Shown here: positions 1 through 10,241 of the stretch, in pieces
Layout of the letters: each line of letters begins with the position of its first letter
How positions within the stretch are numbered: position 1 is the first letter of the stretch
Assembly: GCA_964392615.1 (NCBI GenBank)
Contig: CAYMRB010000003.1
Location: forward strand, 1 to 63,940
DNA: 63,940 nt
Origin: an uncultured Planctomycetia bacterium
GTDB lineage: Bacteria > Planctomycetota > UBA8108
Direction: 5' to 3'
Position numbers and translations under genes: made by a program
Notes under the pieces: generated by a model
The model's database searches: none
The model's input: the letters and a program-made list of their open reading frames with translations, nothing else
What the model was told of the DNA's origin: nothing

Positions 1-9
1 GGGGGGGTG

Positions 10-2517
10 TCATAGTCGACGCCGGAGAACGCCCAGGATCTGGCCCGGGAGCGCTTGGTGGGCGAGGTGGGGCGAAGCCTCGCGCCGCACGGATGCGGCC
101 GTCAGTCCCGCTCGGGCGGAGTCCTCCGGAAGCGGGCGCAGCGATGCCGCGGCAGCGGGGAGCTCCGTCGTGAGGCGATACTCGGCGGGATACGGTCGCT
201 GGTAGTGAAGCACGCGTAGGCGGTCGTGTTCGCGATCGAGGAGGCGCAGTGTCATGCTGTCCCTGGCCGCGAGAGGTATGTCGGCGCGGTACTTGCCCAA
301 GCCGACCTCGTCGACACGGACGTCGATCGGCGTGCCGTGATCGCTCAGCGCGCTCGCTTCCCATTCGATGCCCGAGACCGGCGCGTCGCGTTCGTCGCGT
401 CGTCCCACGTCGACGGACCACGTCTCTCTGGAGACGGTCGCGCGAGTCGTGACGCCGCTCGGTTCCGTCTTGCGTAGAATCGCCCGCAGCGCCTGCGCCC
501 AGAAGCGGCCGCAATCCTCCCAGGCGAGCCACTCGCCGCCCCAGCGTTCGGTGAGATCGCTCGAGAAGGCCAGGCCCGTCCCGAGACCGAAGCGCGACAC
601 CGCGAGCAGCGGATCTCCGGTCTCGACGGACAGCAGCACCTGCGCCGTGGGTTTCGCTTCCGTCATCACGTATCCGAGCGTGAACGGCAGGTCGCGTCCG
701 ACGTAGCCGCTCAACAACGGATGGTCGCCGGTCTGAACGGTACCGAAGTAGTCCTCCTTGATCGCCGAGCGCGACGCCTGCATGGTCTCCTTGGTGAAGA
801 TCTGCGGCACGGTCGTCGGATCCATCGTCTCGTAGTAGCGCCCTCGACCCGCCTTGGCGATCTGCGCCATCAGCTGGCGGTCGGCGTCCGGCCCCAGAGC
901 GACCGTCGACACCGTGATGCGCGCGTCGACCATCGCGAGTGTCAGCCCCTCGTGGTCAGCCGGCTGCGTCTGCCCGTCGCCGAGCAAGATCATGTGTTTG
1001 ATCTTCGTGTGGACATTGTCCAGCATGTCCTTCCCGACGCTCATGGCCGGGTACATATTCGTGCCTCCGCCAGCATCCAAGCGGTCGATCGCGTCGCGGA
1101 TAGCGTGGGCATCCGACGCGCTCTTCATCTCGCTGACGACGTACGGCTCACCGTCGAATGCGACGAGTCCGATCTGGTCTTGCCCGCCGAGAATCTCCAC
1201 GGTCGACCTCGCCGCCTGGCGTGCGAGTGCGATCGGCACGCCGGTCATGCTGCCGGACTTGTCGAGGACGAGGACCATCGCGAGCGACGGCTTTTCCTTC
1301 TCCTTCTCGAAACGCGACACGAGCGGCAGAACATCCTCGACGGGAGTCCTGTAGTACCCTCCGAGGCCGAAGCTGCTGTCCGACCCGAGCATCGCGAGTC
1401 CGCCGCCGAACTCCGACACGTATTTCTCGAGAAGCTCCATCTGCCGCGACGTGAGGCTCGTTGCCGCGAGGTTCGCGAGGACGATCGCGTCGAACGCGAG
1501 AAGGCCGGCCAGAGTGTCGGGAAGGCCGTGTTCCCCGCGTACGTCGACCTCGAGCTCCTGCTCCCGCAGCGCTCGCGCGATGGGGCGCATGTCGCGAGGC
1601 TTCTCGTGCAGGATGAGCACGCGCGGCTCGCCCCGCACGGTCACCGTCGCGGTCGAGCGGTTGTTGATCGCGAAGTGGTCCTTCTCGGCGATGAGCTCGG
1701 CCGTCCACACGCTCGATCCGCTCGTTCGCATCTCGACGTCGAGCCGTACCGTGTTGTCCGCGTTCGGATCGAGCTCGACATCTGTTTCGGCGACGGACAC
1801 ACCCCGGTGCAGGATGCGCAGCCGAGCAGCGGTCCTCGCGTTCGTCGCCAGACGCGCGGTCATGCGCACGATCTCGCCCCGAAACGCCACCGGCGTGCTC
1901 GCCTCGAGTGACAGCACCGCGGCCTCCGGAACGGACAGCCCGGCGATCCTCTCGAACGAGATGTCGACACCCTCCTCGCGCAAGGTGTCGATCGCACTCG
2001 CGAGCTCTCCTTCGGTCTCCTGGCCGTCGCTGAAGAGGACGACGCGATGGGCCTTGCCCGCCGGGAACGCCGCACGAGTGCCGAGAAGCGCGCGGCCGAG
2101 GCGGCTCGCACTGCGGAAACGATCGTCCGCGATTCCCTCCCGCCAGCTCTGCAGGGTCTCCGCGAGCTGCCGCGGCTCGTAAGCGCGAACGCCGTTCGCC
2201 ACGGCGAAGAGGGACCAGCCATCCCGCGCGCCGAGGGCGGCGATGTGCCGTTCGATCTCATCGCCGGCTTCCTCGGCCGCCGCGAGGTCGATGGACTCCG
2301 AGACGTCGACCAGGAACACGACGTGGAGGTCGCGGCTCTCGGTCGAGACAAAGGGCCGGCACAGCGCGAGCACGAGAAGAGCGACCGCGGCACACCTCGC
2401 GGCGAACGCCGCGATCCACAGCGCCCGCGGCCGCTCGACCAAGCTGAAGCGCAGGCCGACGGCGAGTATCGCGAGGCCGAGCAACCACCAGAGAGGTTCG
2501 AAAGAGACGATCTCCAT
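10..2517 (-). CDS. Double vWA-domain membrane-anchored protein (BatB-like), terminal gene of the MoxR-vWA operon
   Basis: ORF 10..2775 trimmed to ATG 2515-2517 (MEIVSFEPLWWLLGLAILAVGL, hydrophobic Bat-type N-terminus). This start lies 4 nt after the preceding stop. Two MIDAS-type DxSxS motifs (DVSES, DKSGS). Long C-terminal region as in GATase1-like vWA proteins. Confidence 0.8.
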   Translation of the reverse strand: MEIVSFEPLWWLLGLAILAVGLRFSLVERPRALWIAAFAARCAAVALLVLALCRPFVSTESRDLHVVFLVDVSESIDLAAAEEAGDEIERHIAALGARDGWSLFAVANGVRAYEPRQLAETLQSWREGIADDRFRSASRLGRALLGTRAAFPAGKAHRVVLFSDGQETEGELASAIDTLREEGVDISFERIAGLSVPEAAVLSLEASTPVAFRGEIVRMTARLATNARTAARLRILHRGVSVAETDVELDPNADNTVRLDVEMRTSGSSVWTAELIAEKDHFAINNRSTATVTVRGEPRVLILHEKPRDMRPIARALREQELEVDVRGEHGLPDTLAGLLAFDAIVLANLAATSLTSRQMELLEKYVSEFGGGLAMLGSDSSFGLGGYYRTPVEDVLPLVSRFEKEKEKPSLAMVLVLDKSGSMTGVPIALARQAARSTVEILGGQDQIGLVAFDGEPYVVSEMKSASDAHAIRDAIDRLDAGGGTNMYPAMSVGKDMLDNVHTKIKHMILLGDGQTQPADHEGLTLAMVDARITVSTVALGPDADRQLMAQIAKAGRGRYYETMDPTTVPQIFTKETMQASRSAIKEDYFGTVQTGDHPLLSGYVGRDLPFTLGYVMTEAKPTAQVLLSVETGDPLLAVSRFGLGTGLAFSSDLTERWGGEWLAWEDCGRFWAQALRAILRKTEPSGVTTRATVSRETWSVDVGRRDERDAPVSGIEWEASALSDHGTPIDVRVDEVGLGKYRADIPLAARDSMTLRLLDREHDRLRVLHYQRPYPAEYRLTTELPAAAASLRPLPEDSARAGLTAASVRREASPHLAHQALPGQILGVLRRRL

Positions 2518-2521
2518 CACG

Positions 2522-4339
2522 CTACCCGACCTTGCGACGCTGATAGAGGAGGCTCTCGACGACGAGGACGACGAGCGCGAGTTGCAGCAAGATGGACGCG
2601 GGCCGCGGCCCGTGCTCGATCGGTCGGCTCGAGTCAACCGTCGCGGCGTTGTCGAGCAGCGTCTCCTCCGCCGCGAAGAGGCTGCTGCCGACGGCCCAGT
2701 GTCCGGACGCGTTGGACAGCTCCCAGAATCCTGTCCGCTCGAGCGGTCCGAACGCGTCGCCGTCGAGCTCGCCACTCAGGCCGCCGGGATCCCTCACGCG
2801 CGTGATCTCTCCGTCGCGAGCGCCCGGAACGCGCAGCGCTCTTCCCGTCGGATACGACGCGGCGAGACCCTCTTCGCGTCCGATGAGGTGTGTGACAGCG
2901 CCGTGCACCAGCACCGGAAACCACGCGCTGAGGAAGAACTCGGCCAGGCGGGGATCGGTGTTGAAGACGCACGCACCACGGCCCTCGCGGTGCGCGACCC
3001 ATACGAGAGGCACCCCGTCCTCGCTCTCGACGACGACGACGGCCCCCGGAGGTGCCTGGCACCGGCGAGCGCCGGCGAACGGCACGCCGAGAGCATCGCA
3101 GTACCGCACGACGGGGTGGTCGGCCGTGATGACGCGTGGAACGACCCTGTCGATCTCGTCGCCCAGATCTTCCCACCAGGGCGAATCACCTTCGGGAGCG
3201 AAGATTACCGCGAGCTCGGCGTCCGGATCATCGCCTGACGCGATGACCACGGCGGCGGTCGACGGCTCGCCAGCGTCCGGCGGGGCGTCGTCGGACGTCG
3301 GAGTCGTATCGATCAACGCGAAGCCGTCGGACGACTTTGAGAACGCCAGCACGGTGTGCTCGAAGAAGTACGGGTTGTCGGCGACGACGCGCACCGGAAT
3401 CGGTCGCGGCTCGTGCACCACGAGATGCGCGACGTCGTCGAACCCCAGCCGGTCGGCGTGCGCGGTCGTCACGCGAGCCAGCCACCTGCCGGTCTCGGCG
3501 CCTTCGACGTGGTAGACCTCCGGCGGGTTCACGCCGGGAACGACGCGCACGGGAATCACTCGCGCGATGCGGCCATCGTCGGCATGCGATAGCGTCACCT
3601 CCGCGTCGATCGCGTTCGGGAATGACGACGCGAGCCGGAAGTAGAAGCCGAACCGGCCGCCGCTTCCGGGGAGGCGCTCGAGATCGCATGACACGATGCC
3701 GACGTTGTCGAGCGGCTCGCCGATCTTGCGCAGCTCCACCGCGTCGGGAAGCACGCCTTGGTCGAAGCCGCCGTCGGAAAGGAGAAGGACCCGGTGCGCC
3801 TCCGAGCCCAGGCTGTCGCTCGACAGCTGCCGAAGCGCGGCGGGATCCAGCGGCAGCTGCGCCCCGTCGATGTCTTCGATGGCAGCGAGCAGATCGCGCG
3901 GATTGTCGGTCAGGTGCGAACGGTAGGACAGGGCCGAGTCGACGGTCGCGACGGCCGCGCGCTGGTGGCCATCCATCGCGCGCACGATATCCGCGGCCAC
4001 CTCCTTGGCCGCTTCGAGGCCCGGCGCGCCGGCGTCGCCCGCGCTCATGCTCGCGCTGCGGTCGATGACCAGAAGGAAGTCGCCGCTGTCGTCCTCGCCG
4101 AAGCGAGGGGCCGCGAGGGCCAGCACGACCGCGGCGAGTGCGGCGATCAAGAGCAGCAGGCTCAGGACGTCGCGCAAGCGGTGCAAGAGCCGGTTCGCGC
4201 GCTTCTCGCTCAGGATCGTCTCCCACAGGAAGAACGCGGTTGTCGGCCGGCGACGCGGACGTACCTTCAGGAAGTAGATCGCGACGAGGGGGACGGCGCT
4301 CAGAAACGCCCAGAGGAACGCGGGGCTCAGGAACGTCAT
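2522..4339 (-). CDS. BatA N-terminal domain / vWA-domain transmembrane protein
   Basis: ORF 2522..4561 trimmed to ATG 4337-4339 (MTFLSPAFLWAFLSAVPLVAIYFLKVRPRR, the aerotolerance-regulator BatA N-terminal signature). ATGA overlap with the DUF58 stop. vWA MIDAS motif DRSASM. Confidence 0.8.
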   Translation of the reverse strand: MTFLSPAFLWAFLSAVPLVAIYFLKVRPRRRPTTAFFLWETILSEKRANRLLHRLRDVLSLLLLIAALAAVVLALAAPRFGEDDSGDFLLVIDRSASMSAGDAGAPGLEAAKEVAADIVRAMDGHQRAAVATVDSALSYRSHLTDNPRDLLAAIEDIDGAQLPLDPAALRQLSSDSLGSEAHRVLLLSDGGFDQGVLPDAVELRKIGEPLDNVGIVSCDLERLPGSGGRFGFYFRLASSFPNAIDAEVTLSHADDGRIARVIPVRVVPGVNPPEVYHVEGAETGRWLARVTTAHADRLGFDDVAHLVVHEPRPIPVRVVADNPYFFEHTVLAFSKSSDGFALIDTTPTSDDAPPDAGEPSTAAVVIASGDDPDAELAVIFAPEGDSPWWEDLGDEIDRVVPRVITADHPVVRYCDALGVPFAGARRCQAPPGAVVVVESEDGVPLVWVAHREGRGACVFNTDPRLAEFFLSAWFPVLVHGAVTHLIGREEGLAASYPTGRALRVPGARDGEITRVRDPGGLSGELDGDAFGPLERTGFWELSNASGHWAVGSSLFAAEETLLDNAATVDSSRPIEHGPRPASILLQLALVVLVVESLLYQRRKVG

Positions 4340-5202
4340 GCGATCAGCCCGCCTCGCCGGACGATTTCTTCGATGGCGCGATCGAACGGCACGTCGGGTC
4401 GGGTGTTCGCCAGTCCGATGCCCCGGCGCGCGCAGCACGTCGCGAGGCTGTCGTTCCAGTCGCGTACGGCCGTCTCGAAGAGGCTGGCCTCGCGCGGCGA
4501 CACGGTCACTCGTCGCGTCTGGCCCGTCTCCACGCACTCGAGGTCGACGTCTCCCTTCCACGTACAGTGCGTGTCGTCGTCGTCCTGGACGCTCATGCAG
4601 AATACGTCGTGCTTGCTCCAGAGCAGGAAGCTCAATCCGTCTTCGAAACCTCCCGGGAAGAAGAAGTCCGAGATGACGATCACGACGCCGCGGCGGCGGT
4701 GCCGCGCCCGGAACTCGCGCGTGCAGGCCGTGAAGTCGCTGTCGCTGCCTGTGGTCGTCGCGTCTTCGAGAGCCTGCAAGAACTGCATGGCCTTGCCGCG
4801 TCCCCTGCGAGGCTCGAGCAGCGTGCGCAGCTGGTCCGACATGCTGTACAGGACGACCTCGTCATGCGTGTTGAGAGCGATGTATCCGAGTGCCGCCGCA
4901 AGCTGCTTCGCGTAGTCGAGCTTCCGCCCCATCGACTGACTGCAATCGAGGAAGAGGTAGATCGTCGCGTCCTCTTCGGTCTCGAACAGTTTGATGACGA
5001 GGCTCTCGAAGCGGGCCTTGACGCGCCAGTCGATCGCGCGGAGGTCGTCGCCGAGGGTGTACTCCGCGTAATCGGCGAACGTCACCCCGGATCCCTTCTT
5101 GGTACTCCTACGATCAGCCTGGAGGCTTCCACCGAGCACCTTGCGCGTCAGCAGGTAGAGCGACTCCAATCGGCGAATGAAGGCGGGATCGGTCAGCATC
5201 AC
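4336..5202 (-). CDS. DUF58 domain protein (MoxR partner)
   Basis: 288 aa with a DUF58-like core (FADYAEYTLGDDLRAIDWRVKAR, IYLFLDCSQSMG). It occupies the canonical position directly after the MoxR ATPase. Confidence 0.85.
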   Translation of the reverse strand: MMLTDPAFIRRLESLYLLTRKVLGGSLQADRRSTKKGSGVTFADYAEYTLGDDLRAIDWRVKARFESLVIKLFETEEDATIYLFLDCSQSMGRKLDYAKQLAAALGYIALNTHDEVVLYSMSDQLRTLLEPRRGRGKAMQFLQALEDATTTGSDSDFTACTREFRARHRRRGVVIVISDFFFPGGFEDGLSFLLWSKHDVFCMSVQDDDDTHCTWKGDVDLECVETGQTRRVTVSPREASLFETAVRDWNDSLATCCARRGIGLANTRPDVPFDRAIEEIVRRGGLIA

Positions 5203-5236
5203 GGGGCGCTCGTCAAGGGCCGTTGCATAGCGTCAC

Positions 5237-6241
5237 TCACGCGCTCCGCGTTCTCACGGCAGCGATGGCGCTTCGGATCAGCTCGTCGCGCTGCACTCCT
5301 GCGCTCTCGCCCTCGAAGCTCAGAATCAACCGGTGGCGCAACGCGGGAAGCGCCGCCGCGTCGATGTCGTCGCGTGCGACGTGATAGCGACCATCGAGAA
5401 GAGCCCGCACGCGCGCCGCAGCGAGGATCGCCTGTGCGCCGCGAGGCGACGCTCCGTGGCGGACGTACTTGGCGACCTCTGCGGATGCGTTGCGATCTTC
5501 GGGGTGCGTGCCGCGTACGACGGCGACGAGATAGTTCTCGATCGACTCTTCGATCGGTACCTTGCGGAAGACCCTGTTCATCGCGAGGATCTCGTCGCCC
5601 GTCGCTACGGCGCGGACGATCGGTGAAGTCGAGCCGCCGGTGCGCCGCAGAATCTCGACGTACTGACCATGGTCGGGGAGAGCCACATCGAGCTTGAAGA
5701 AGAAGCGGTCGAGCTGCGCTTCCGGCAGCGGGTACGTGCCGTCTTGCTCGATCGGGTTCTGCGTCGCCAGCACGAAGAACGGGCTCGGCAGCAGATGCGT
5801 CTTCCCGGTCACGGTCGCGGTCCGTTCCTGCATCGTCTCGAGCAGCGCGGACTGTGTCTTCGGCGTCGCGCGGTTGATCTCATCGGCGAGGAGGACGTTG
5901 CAGAACACCGGCCCCGGCTGAAACTCGAGCTCCCTCTCCGCGCCGCGCTCGACGAGGAAGTCGCTGCCGACGATGTCGGCCGGCAGGAGGTCCGGCGTGA
6001 ACTGGATCCTGCGGAAGCTCAGCTCGAGGGTGCGGCTCAACGTCGTCACGAGAGCCGTCTTGCCGACTCCCGGCACGCCCTCGAGCAGCACGTGGCCGCC
6101 GCAGATCACGGCGATCAAGACGTTTTCGACGATGGCTTCCTGACCGACGATGAAGCGTCCGATCTCGCTACGGATGCGCTGAAACGTGCTGATGAAATCC
6201 TCGACGTCGCGATCGACGCCGGCGGCCGCCTGCTGGGTCAT
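5237..6241 (-). CDS. MoxR-family AAA+ ATPase
   Basis: 334 aa with Walker A GVPGVGKT and Walker B LLADEINR, and a MoxR/AAA_3-type layout. 4-nt overlap with the upstream gene. Confidence 0.92.
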   Translation of the reverse strand: MTQQAAAGVDRDVEDFISTFQRIRSEIGRFIVGQEAIVENVLIAVICGGHVLLEGVPGVGKTALVTTLSRTLELSFRRIQFTPDLLPADIVGSDFLVERGAERELEFQPGPVFCNVLLADEINRATPKTQSALLETMQERTATVTGKTHLLPSPFFVLATQNPIEQDGTYPLPEAQLDRFFFKLDVALPDHGQYVEILRRTGGSTSPIVRAVATGDEILAMNRVFRKVPIEESIENYLVAVVRGTHPEDRNASAEVAKYVRHGASPRGAQAILAAARVRALLDGRYHVARDDIDAAALPALRHRLILSFEGESAGVQRDELIRSAIAAVRTRSA

Positions 6242-8112
6242 TCGTTCGGATTCCCCTCTTCGTCGCGGCTCTCGTCCGCTTCGTGGATGTTCTCGAAGTA
6301 CTCCCTGACGCCGTCGCGGACGTCGTCGGGAACGTCTTCACGCGCGACGAACGACTCGAACTGACGTCGGAAGTCGCGCGGTCGCGCGGTCGCCGCGGCG
6401 CTGCTCGTGCCGCTGCCGTCGTCGGCCGACTCGACCGTCGTGACCGAAGGCCCGTCTCCCTTGATGCCCTTGAGTGCCGTCGTCTGGCCGTTGTCGTCGG
6501 CGGGGGCGACGCCGTCGCGCTCGGTTCGCTCGCTCCCCTCGCCGGCCTGCACTCCGCCGCGCGCTCGAGACGCCGTGCGGGCGAGCTCTTCGGAAAGCGA
6601 GTTGCCGTCACGGCTGCCGCGACACAGGTAGCCAGAGCAGGAGGCGAGCTTGCGGCGCATGCGGGCGAGCCGCTGGCGCGTCGTCTTGCGCGCTGCGAGA
6701 CGCCGCAACGTGTCGCCCAGACGCGATAGGCGACGGTTGACGCCGCTGCACTTCGAGTCGCACTTGGCGAGCTGTTCCGCGTCGCACTGGCCGTCCTGCT
6801 TCTCGTCCTCGCGCAGCTTCTCGAGGAGGCGCTCGAGGTCCTCCGCCTCACGCTCGAGAGATTCGAGGAGGTCCGCGAGCTCGTCGGCAGCGTCTTCGTC
6901 GGTCGGTTCCGTCGCGGGCTTCTCCTGCCCGGCGGTGCCGTCCGCGCCCTCCTGGGCTCGCGACGAGCTCGAGCTTTCGGAGCCGGTCGCAGCGCCGCTC
7001 GAGCCGCTGCGCGACGTACGCGCCGGCTTCGCGTCATCGCCGGAGCGGGGCAGGCGTTCGGGATTCTCGCTGCCGCGCGTCGACGCATCGAGCGATGTCT
7101 CGTTCTTTCTGCGCAGCCCCTTCGCTTCCGCAGATCGTTCGCGGTGCGCGCGGGCCGCGAAGGCCATGCGTCGCGCCGCGGCGCGAAGCCGGGCGAGGTC
7201 TTTCTGCCGCGCGGTCAGCGGCTTCTTCGGATCCTGCTCGAGCTCCCCGAGCTGCTGCGCGGCCTTGCGATACTGCTTCTTCTGCAGCGTGACGCCGAGC
7301 TTGCGGGCGTCCGGGAGCTTCTCGAGCTCGCGGGCGACCGCGGCCAGGAGCCGTTCCTGCTTGGCCGTCTCGAGGCGCTCCGAACGTTCGCTCAGGCGCT
7401 TCTCGAACCGTGCGTACTGCCGGAGAGCCTCGTTGCGGTCTTCCGTGTTGTCGAGACTCTCGACCCACTCGCGCAGCTCCGAGGCGCGCAGGATTTCCTC
7501 CTCGTCGTCGTCCTTCGCTGCCTCGATCGCCTCGCGCTCGACCTCATCGGCGAGGAGCTCGTTGATCTCCTCGGTCCTTTCTTGCGTCGCGATCCGCTCC
7601 TGCCGCTCCTCCATGACGCGCGGCGAGTCACCTCGCAGCCCGAGCAGGGCGGACGCGAGCACGAGGACGAGCGCGACCGAGAAGAGCCGCAGCGCGGACT
7701 TGCCGCGAATGTCGCCGACGCGGTATCCCGCCACGTCGAACGCGGTACGCTGCGCCTGGAGCTCGTAGACGCCGTCGTTGTTTCCGGAGGCAGCGAACGA
7801 GCGCGTCGATCGAACGCCGTCCTTCAGGGCGAAGAAGTCATCGGCGAACAGCGCCGCGCGTTCCGCACCGACGCGTCGCAGGCTCCACGCGACGATCGCC
7901 GCGAGAGCGGTCGCTGCGAGGACCGTCGGATACCACACGACGGGCACGCGATGACCCGAGGCGACGTAGACGAGCGCGATGGCCAGCATCGCGGCGCTCC
8001 CGAGACCGAGGCTCCACGCGAGGGTCTGCCACCAGGCCCGACGGTTGAGCCTGCGTCGAACTCGGTCGACGAAGCGATCGACGCGGGCGCGGGATCGATC
8101 AGGTTCGTTCAT
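6238..8112 (-). CDS. Membrane-anchored coiled-coil/low-complexity protein (DUF4175-like MoxR-operon partner)
   Basis: ORF 6238..8307 trimmed to ATG 8110-8112 (MNEPDRSRARVDRF). Two TM helices (WWQTLAWSLGLGSAAMLAIALVYV, VVWYPTVLAATALAAIVAW). Long E/R/A-rich body. C-terminal tail DVPDDVRDGVREYFENI. The DUF4175 resemblance is from memory, not searched. Confidence 0.6.
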   Translation of the reverse strand: MNEPDRSRARVDRFVDRVRRRLNRRAWWQTLAWSLGLGSAAMLAIALVYVASGHRVPVVWYPTVLAATALAAIVAWSLRRVGAERAALFADDFFALKDGVRSTRSFAASGNNDGVYELQAQRTAFDVAGYRVGDIRGKSALRLFSVALVLVLASALLGLRGDSPRVMEERQERIATQERTEEINELLADEVEREAIEAAKDDDEEEILRASELREWVESLDNTEDRNEALRQYARFEKRLSERSERLETAKQERLLAAVARELEKLPDARKLGVTLQKKQYRKAAQQLGELEQDPKKPLTARQKDLARLRAAARRMAFAARAHRERSAEAKGLRRKNETSLDASTRGSENPERLPRSGDDAKPARTSRSGSSGAATGSESSSSSRAQEGADGTAGQEKPATEPTDEDAADELADLLESLEREAEDLERLLEKLREDEKQDGQCDAEQLAKCDSKCSGVNRRLSRLGDTLRRLAARKTTRQRLARMRRKLASCSGYLCRGSRDGNSLSEELARTASRARGGVQAGEGSERTERDGVAPADDNGQTTALKGIKGDGPSVTTVESADDGSGTSSAAATARPRDFRRQFESFVAREDVPDDVRDGVREYFENIHEADESRDEEGNPNE

Positions 8113-8117
8113 GGTCG

Positions 8118-10136
8118 TCAATCCGCCTTCGATTCGGGCTTCGCTGCCGGGGCCGTCTTCTCCCCGGCGTCCAGCTTGGTCAGCAACGAGCTGCGCTCCG
8201 CCGCGTGCTCGGGGCTCAGCCCGTCGACCTTCAGAGCCTCGAGGGCTGTCTTTGCCTGCGCTTCGCGACCGTGCTCGATAAGGATCCGCGCCTTGGCGAG
8301 CGTCCACGTGCCGCGGCGGAAGTTGCTCTTCGCGCCGGCCGCCTCGAGACCCTTGTCATAGTACGCGATGGCGCGTTCGACGTTGCCGGCGCGTTCGTGC
8401 AAGGCCGCGAGCTCCCGCCACGCCCAGCCGCCGCGGGGGTGCGCCTCGGCGAGAGGTTCACCGCTGCCGACGAGCTCCGCTTCGGTCAGCACGTGTCCCT
8501 TGACGAGCGTCGCAAACAGCGCGCGTGTGTTCACGGCCCCGCGAAGAAGCGGCGTGGCCGCGACGTCCGAAAGCACTCGGGTCCGGATCTCGAAAGGCAG
8601 CGATTCGTCGCGGGCCAGGGTGCGGATCAGAGCTCTGCGCAGCGACGTGGCGCTGCGTGTGATCGTCGCACGGAACTCTTCCGAGACGCTCTTCTCCCAC
8701 TCGGCGAGATCCGCACGGCGTCCGGCGACGATCCACGCGAGGAGGCACGTACGGAGACTCGGACCCGAAATCCAGTCACAGGCCCAATCCGGAAGCTCGA
8801 GCAGGCGCCGGCAAGCGGGAAGCAGCTCCTCGAGAGGCACGGCGCGTTCTGGCGACCACGACGCGAGACGTTCCTCGACGACGCGCCGGACGACCTCCAC
8901 CAGCGACGAGACGCCGTTCGAGAGCTCGTACTCGTTGTCGCCGTCGTGTCTCGCGAGCAGGCTGTCGAGCTGCGTGTACAACGGCGCGAAGTCCCCCTGG
9001 CGCAGTCGATTCTCGACGTGCGCCAACACGACCGAGACCTGCGGCGCGTTCAGCTCGTCGTCGTCGAGGAGGACGAGAGCGGCGAGCTGCAGATCCGCTG
9101 CGACCTCGGCGAGGGCGTCTCCCGCGATTCGCGCTGCGGCGGGCTCCACCGCGAGGATTCCGAGGATCCGCGCCCGCATCGCGCCGCCGAGTTTCGGTTC
9201 CGCGACGACTTCCCGCGCGAGTTGCGCCATTCGCGCCGAGCGGTCTTCCTGCGTTTCGCTGGCAGCAGTGCCGTCCGTCGCGTCCGAGTCCGGCGGATCG
9301 GGCAAGGTGGCGAAGAGAGCCCGCGCGAACCGCTTCCGCGCCGGCCGCGACGTCGCGTCGACGAGCGCGGCGACGCGCGCGGCGACCTCCTCGTCGTACA
9401 CGAGACGAGTCACGCTCGCGAGGCTGTTTCCGTACATGCGATCCCGGGCGATTCGTTCCGTATCGTGGTGTGGAATCGTGCGCCAGGTGCTCTCGAGCAT
9501 GCGGCGGACGACGTCGATGCGTTCGTGGCGCAGAAGCGTCACGCAGGCATCGAGCGATTCGCCGAACTCGCCCTCGCAGTCTCTCAGCAGACGTCCCGTG
9601 GAGCCGGCGTCGCCGCTCTCGAGGAAGATCTGCAGGAGCAGGAGCGAGTCCTTCGATTGCCGGTATCCGCCCTGCTTCTGTCGCCGTGCGCGCCAGCCGG
9701 AGCCGAGTCGTTTCGCGTGCTCCTCCCACTCCTCGTCGGCTGCGCGCTTCGCGAACGCGGTGAGTATCGGCGTCGCGCCGTAGGTCGAGCGACCTTCCTT
9801 CCACGTCTGCGCCAGCGTGGCGACGCTTGCCGACACGAGTTCCTTCGACGGTGGCTCGATCTTCCCGCACACGAATGCCGCGACGGTCAAACGGCATCCG
9901 AGGGGCGTCTCGGCGTCCTCGAGGATCGCGCGGTAATGCGTCTCGACCAGTCGCTTGACCTCGAGGGTCTCGGGCGTCGTTTTTCTCGACTCCAACCACT
10001 CGATCCGCGCGACGGCGACGATTTCATCGACGAGCTCCGCGGCCACCGACTCGCCGCCTGGCGTCCGTCGCACGGTCTCGGCATCCCACTGACGGGCCGC
10101 GTCGGTCGCCTCCGCCCCCATCTGGTCGAACCCCAT
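8118..10136 (-). CDS. Cytoplasmic all-helical protein with C-terminal TPR-like repeats
   Basis: 672 aa with no signal peptide. C-terminal TPR-like segment (WAWRELAALHERAGNVERAIAYYDKGLEAAG). Stop lies 5 nt from the next start, consistent with operon membership. Confidence 0.6.
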   Translation of the reverse strand: MGFDQMGAEATDAARQWDAETVRRTPGGESVAAELVDEIVAVARIEWLESRKTTPETLEVKRLVETHYRAILEDAETPLGCRLTVAAFVCGKIEPPSKELVSASVATLAQTWKEGRSTYGATPILTAFAKRAADEEWEEHAKRLGSGWRARRQKQGGYRQSKDSLLLLQIFLESGDAGSTGRLLRDCEGEFGESLDACVTLLRHERIDVVRRMLESTWRTIPHHDTERIARDRMYGNSLASVTRLVYDEEVAARVAALVDATSRPARKRFARALFATLPDPPDSDATDGTAASETQEDRSARMAQLAREVVAEPKLGGAMRARILGILAVEPAAARIAGDALAEVAADLQLAALVLLDDDELNAPQVSVVLAHVENRLRQGDFAPLYTQLDSLLARHDGDNEYELSNGVSSLVEVVRRVVEERLASWSPERAVPLEELLPACRRLLELPDWACDWISGPSLRTCLLAWIVAGRRADLAEWEKSVSEEFRATITRSATSLRRALIRTLARDESLPFEIRTRVLSDVAATPLLRGAVNTRALFATLVKGHVLTEAELVGSGEPLAEAHPRGGWAWRELAALHERAGNVERAIAYYDKGLEAAGAKSNFRRGTWTLAKARILIEHGREAQAKTALEALKVDGLSPEHAAERSSLLTKLDAGEKTAPAAKPESKAD

Positions 10137-10241
10137 CGAGAACGCTTGGGCTAGCGCCGGAACACATCGGGCGACATCCGGATCGAGTGCCGCGGAGCTC
10201 TCGTCGCGGGCCAGCGCGATGGTGAGCTGCGACAGGAGTCC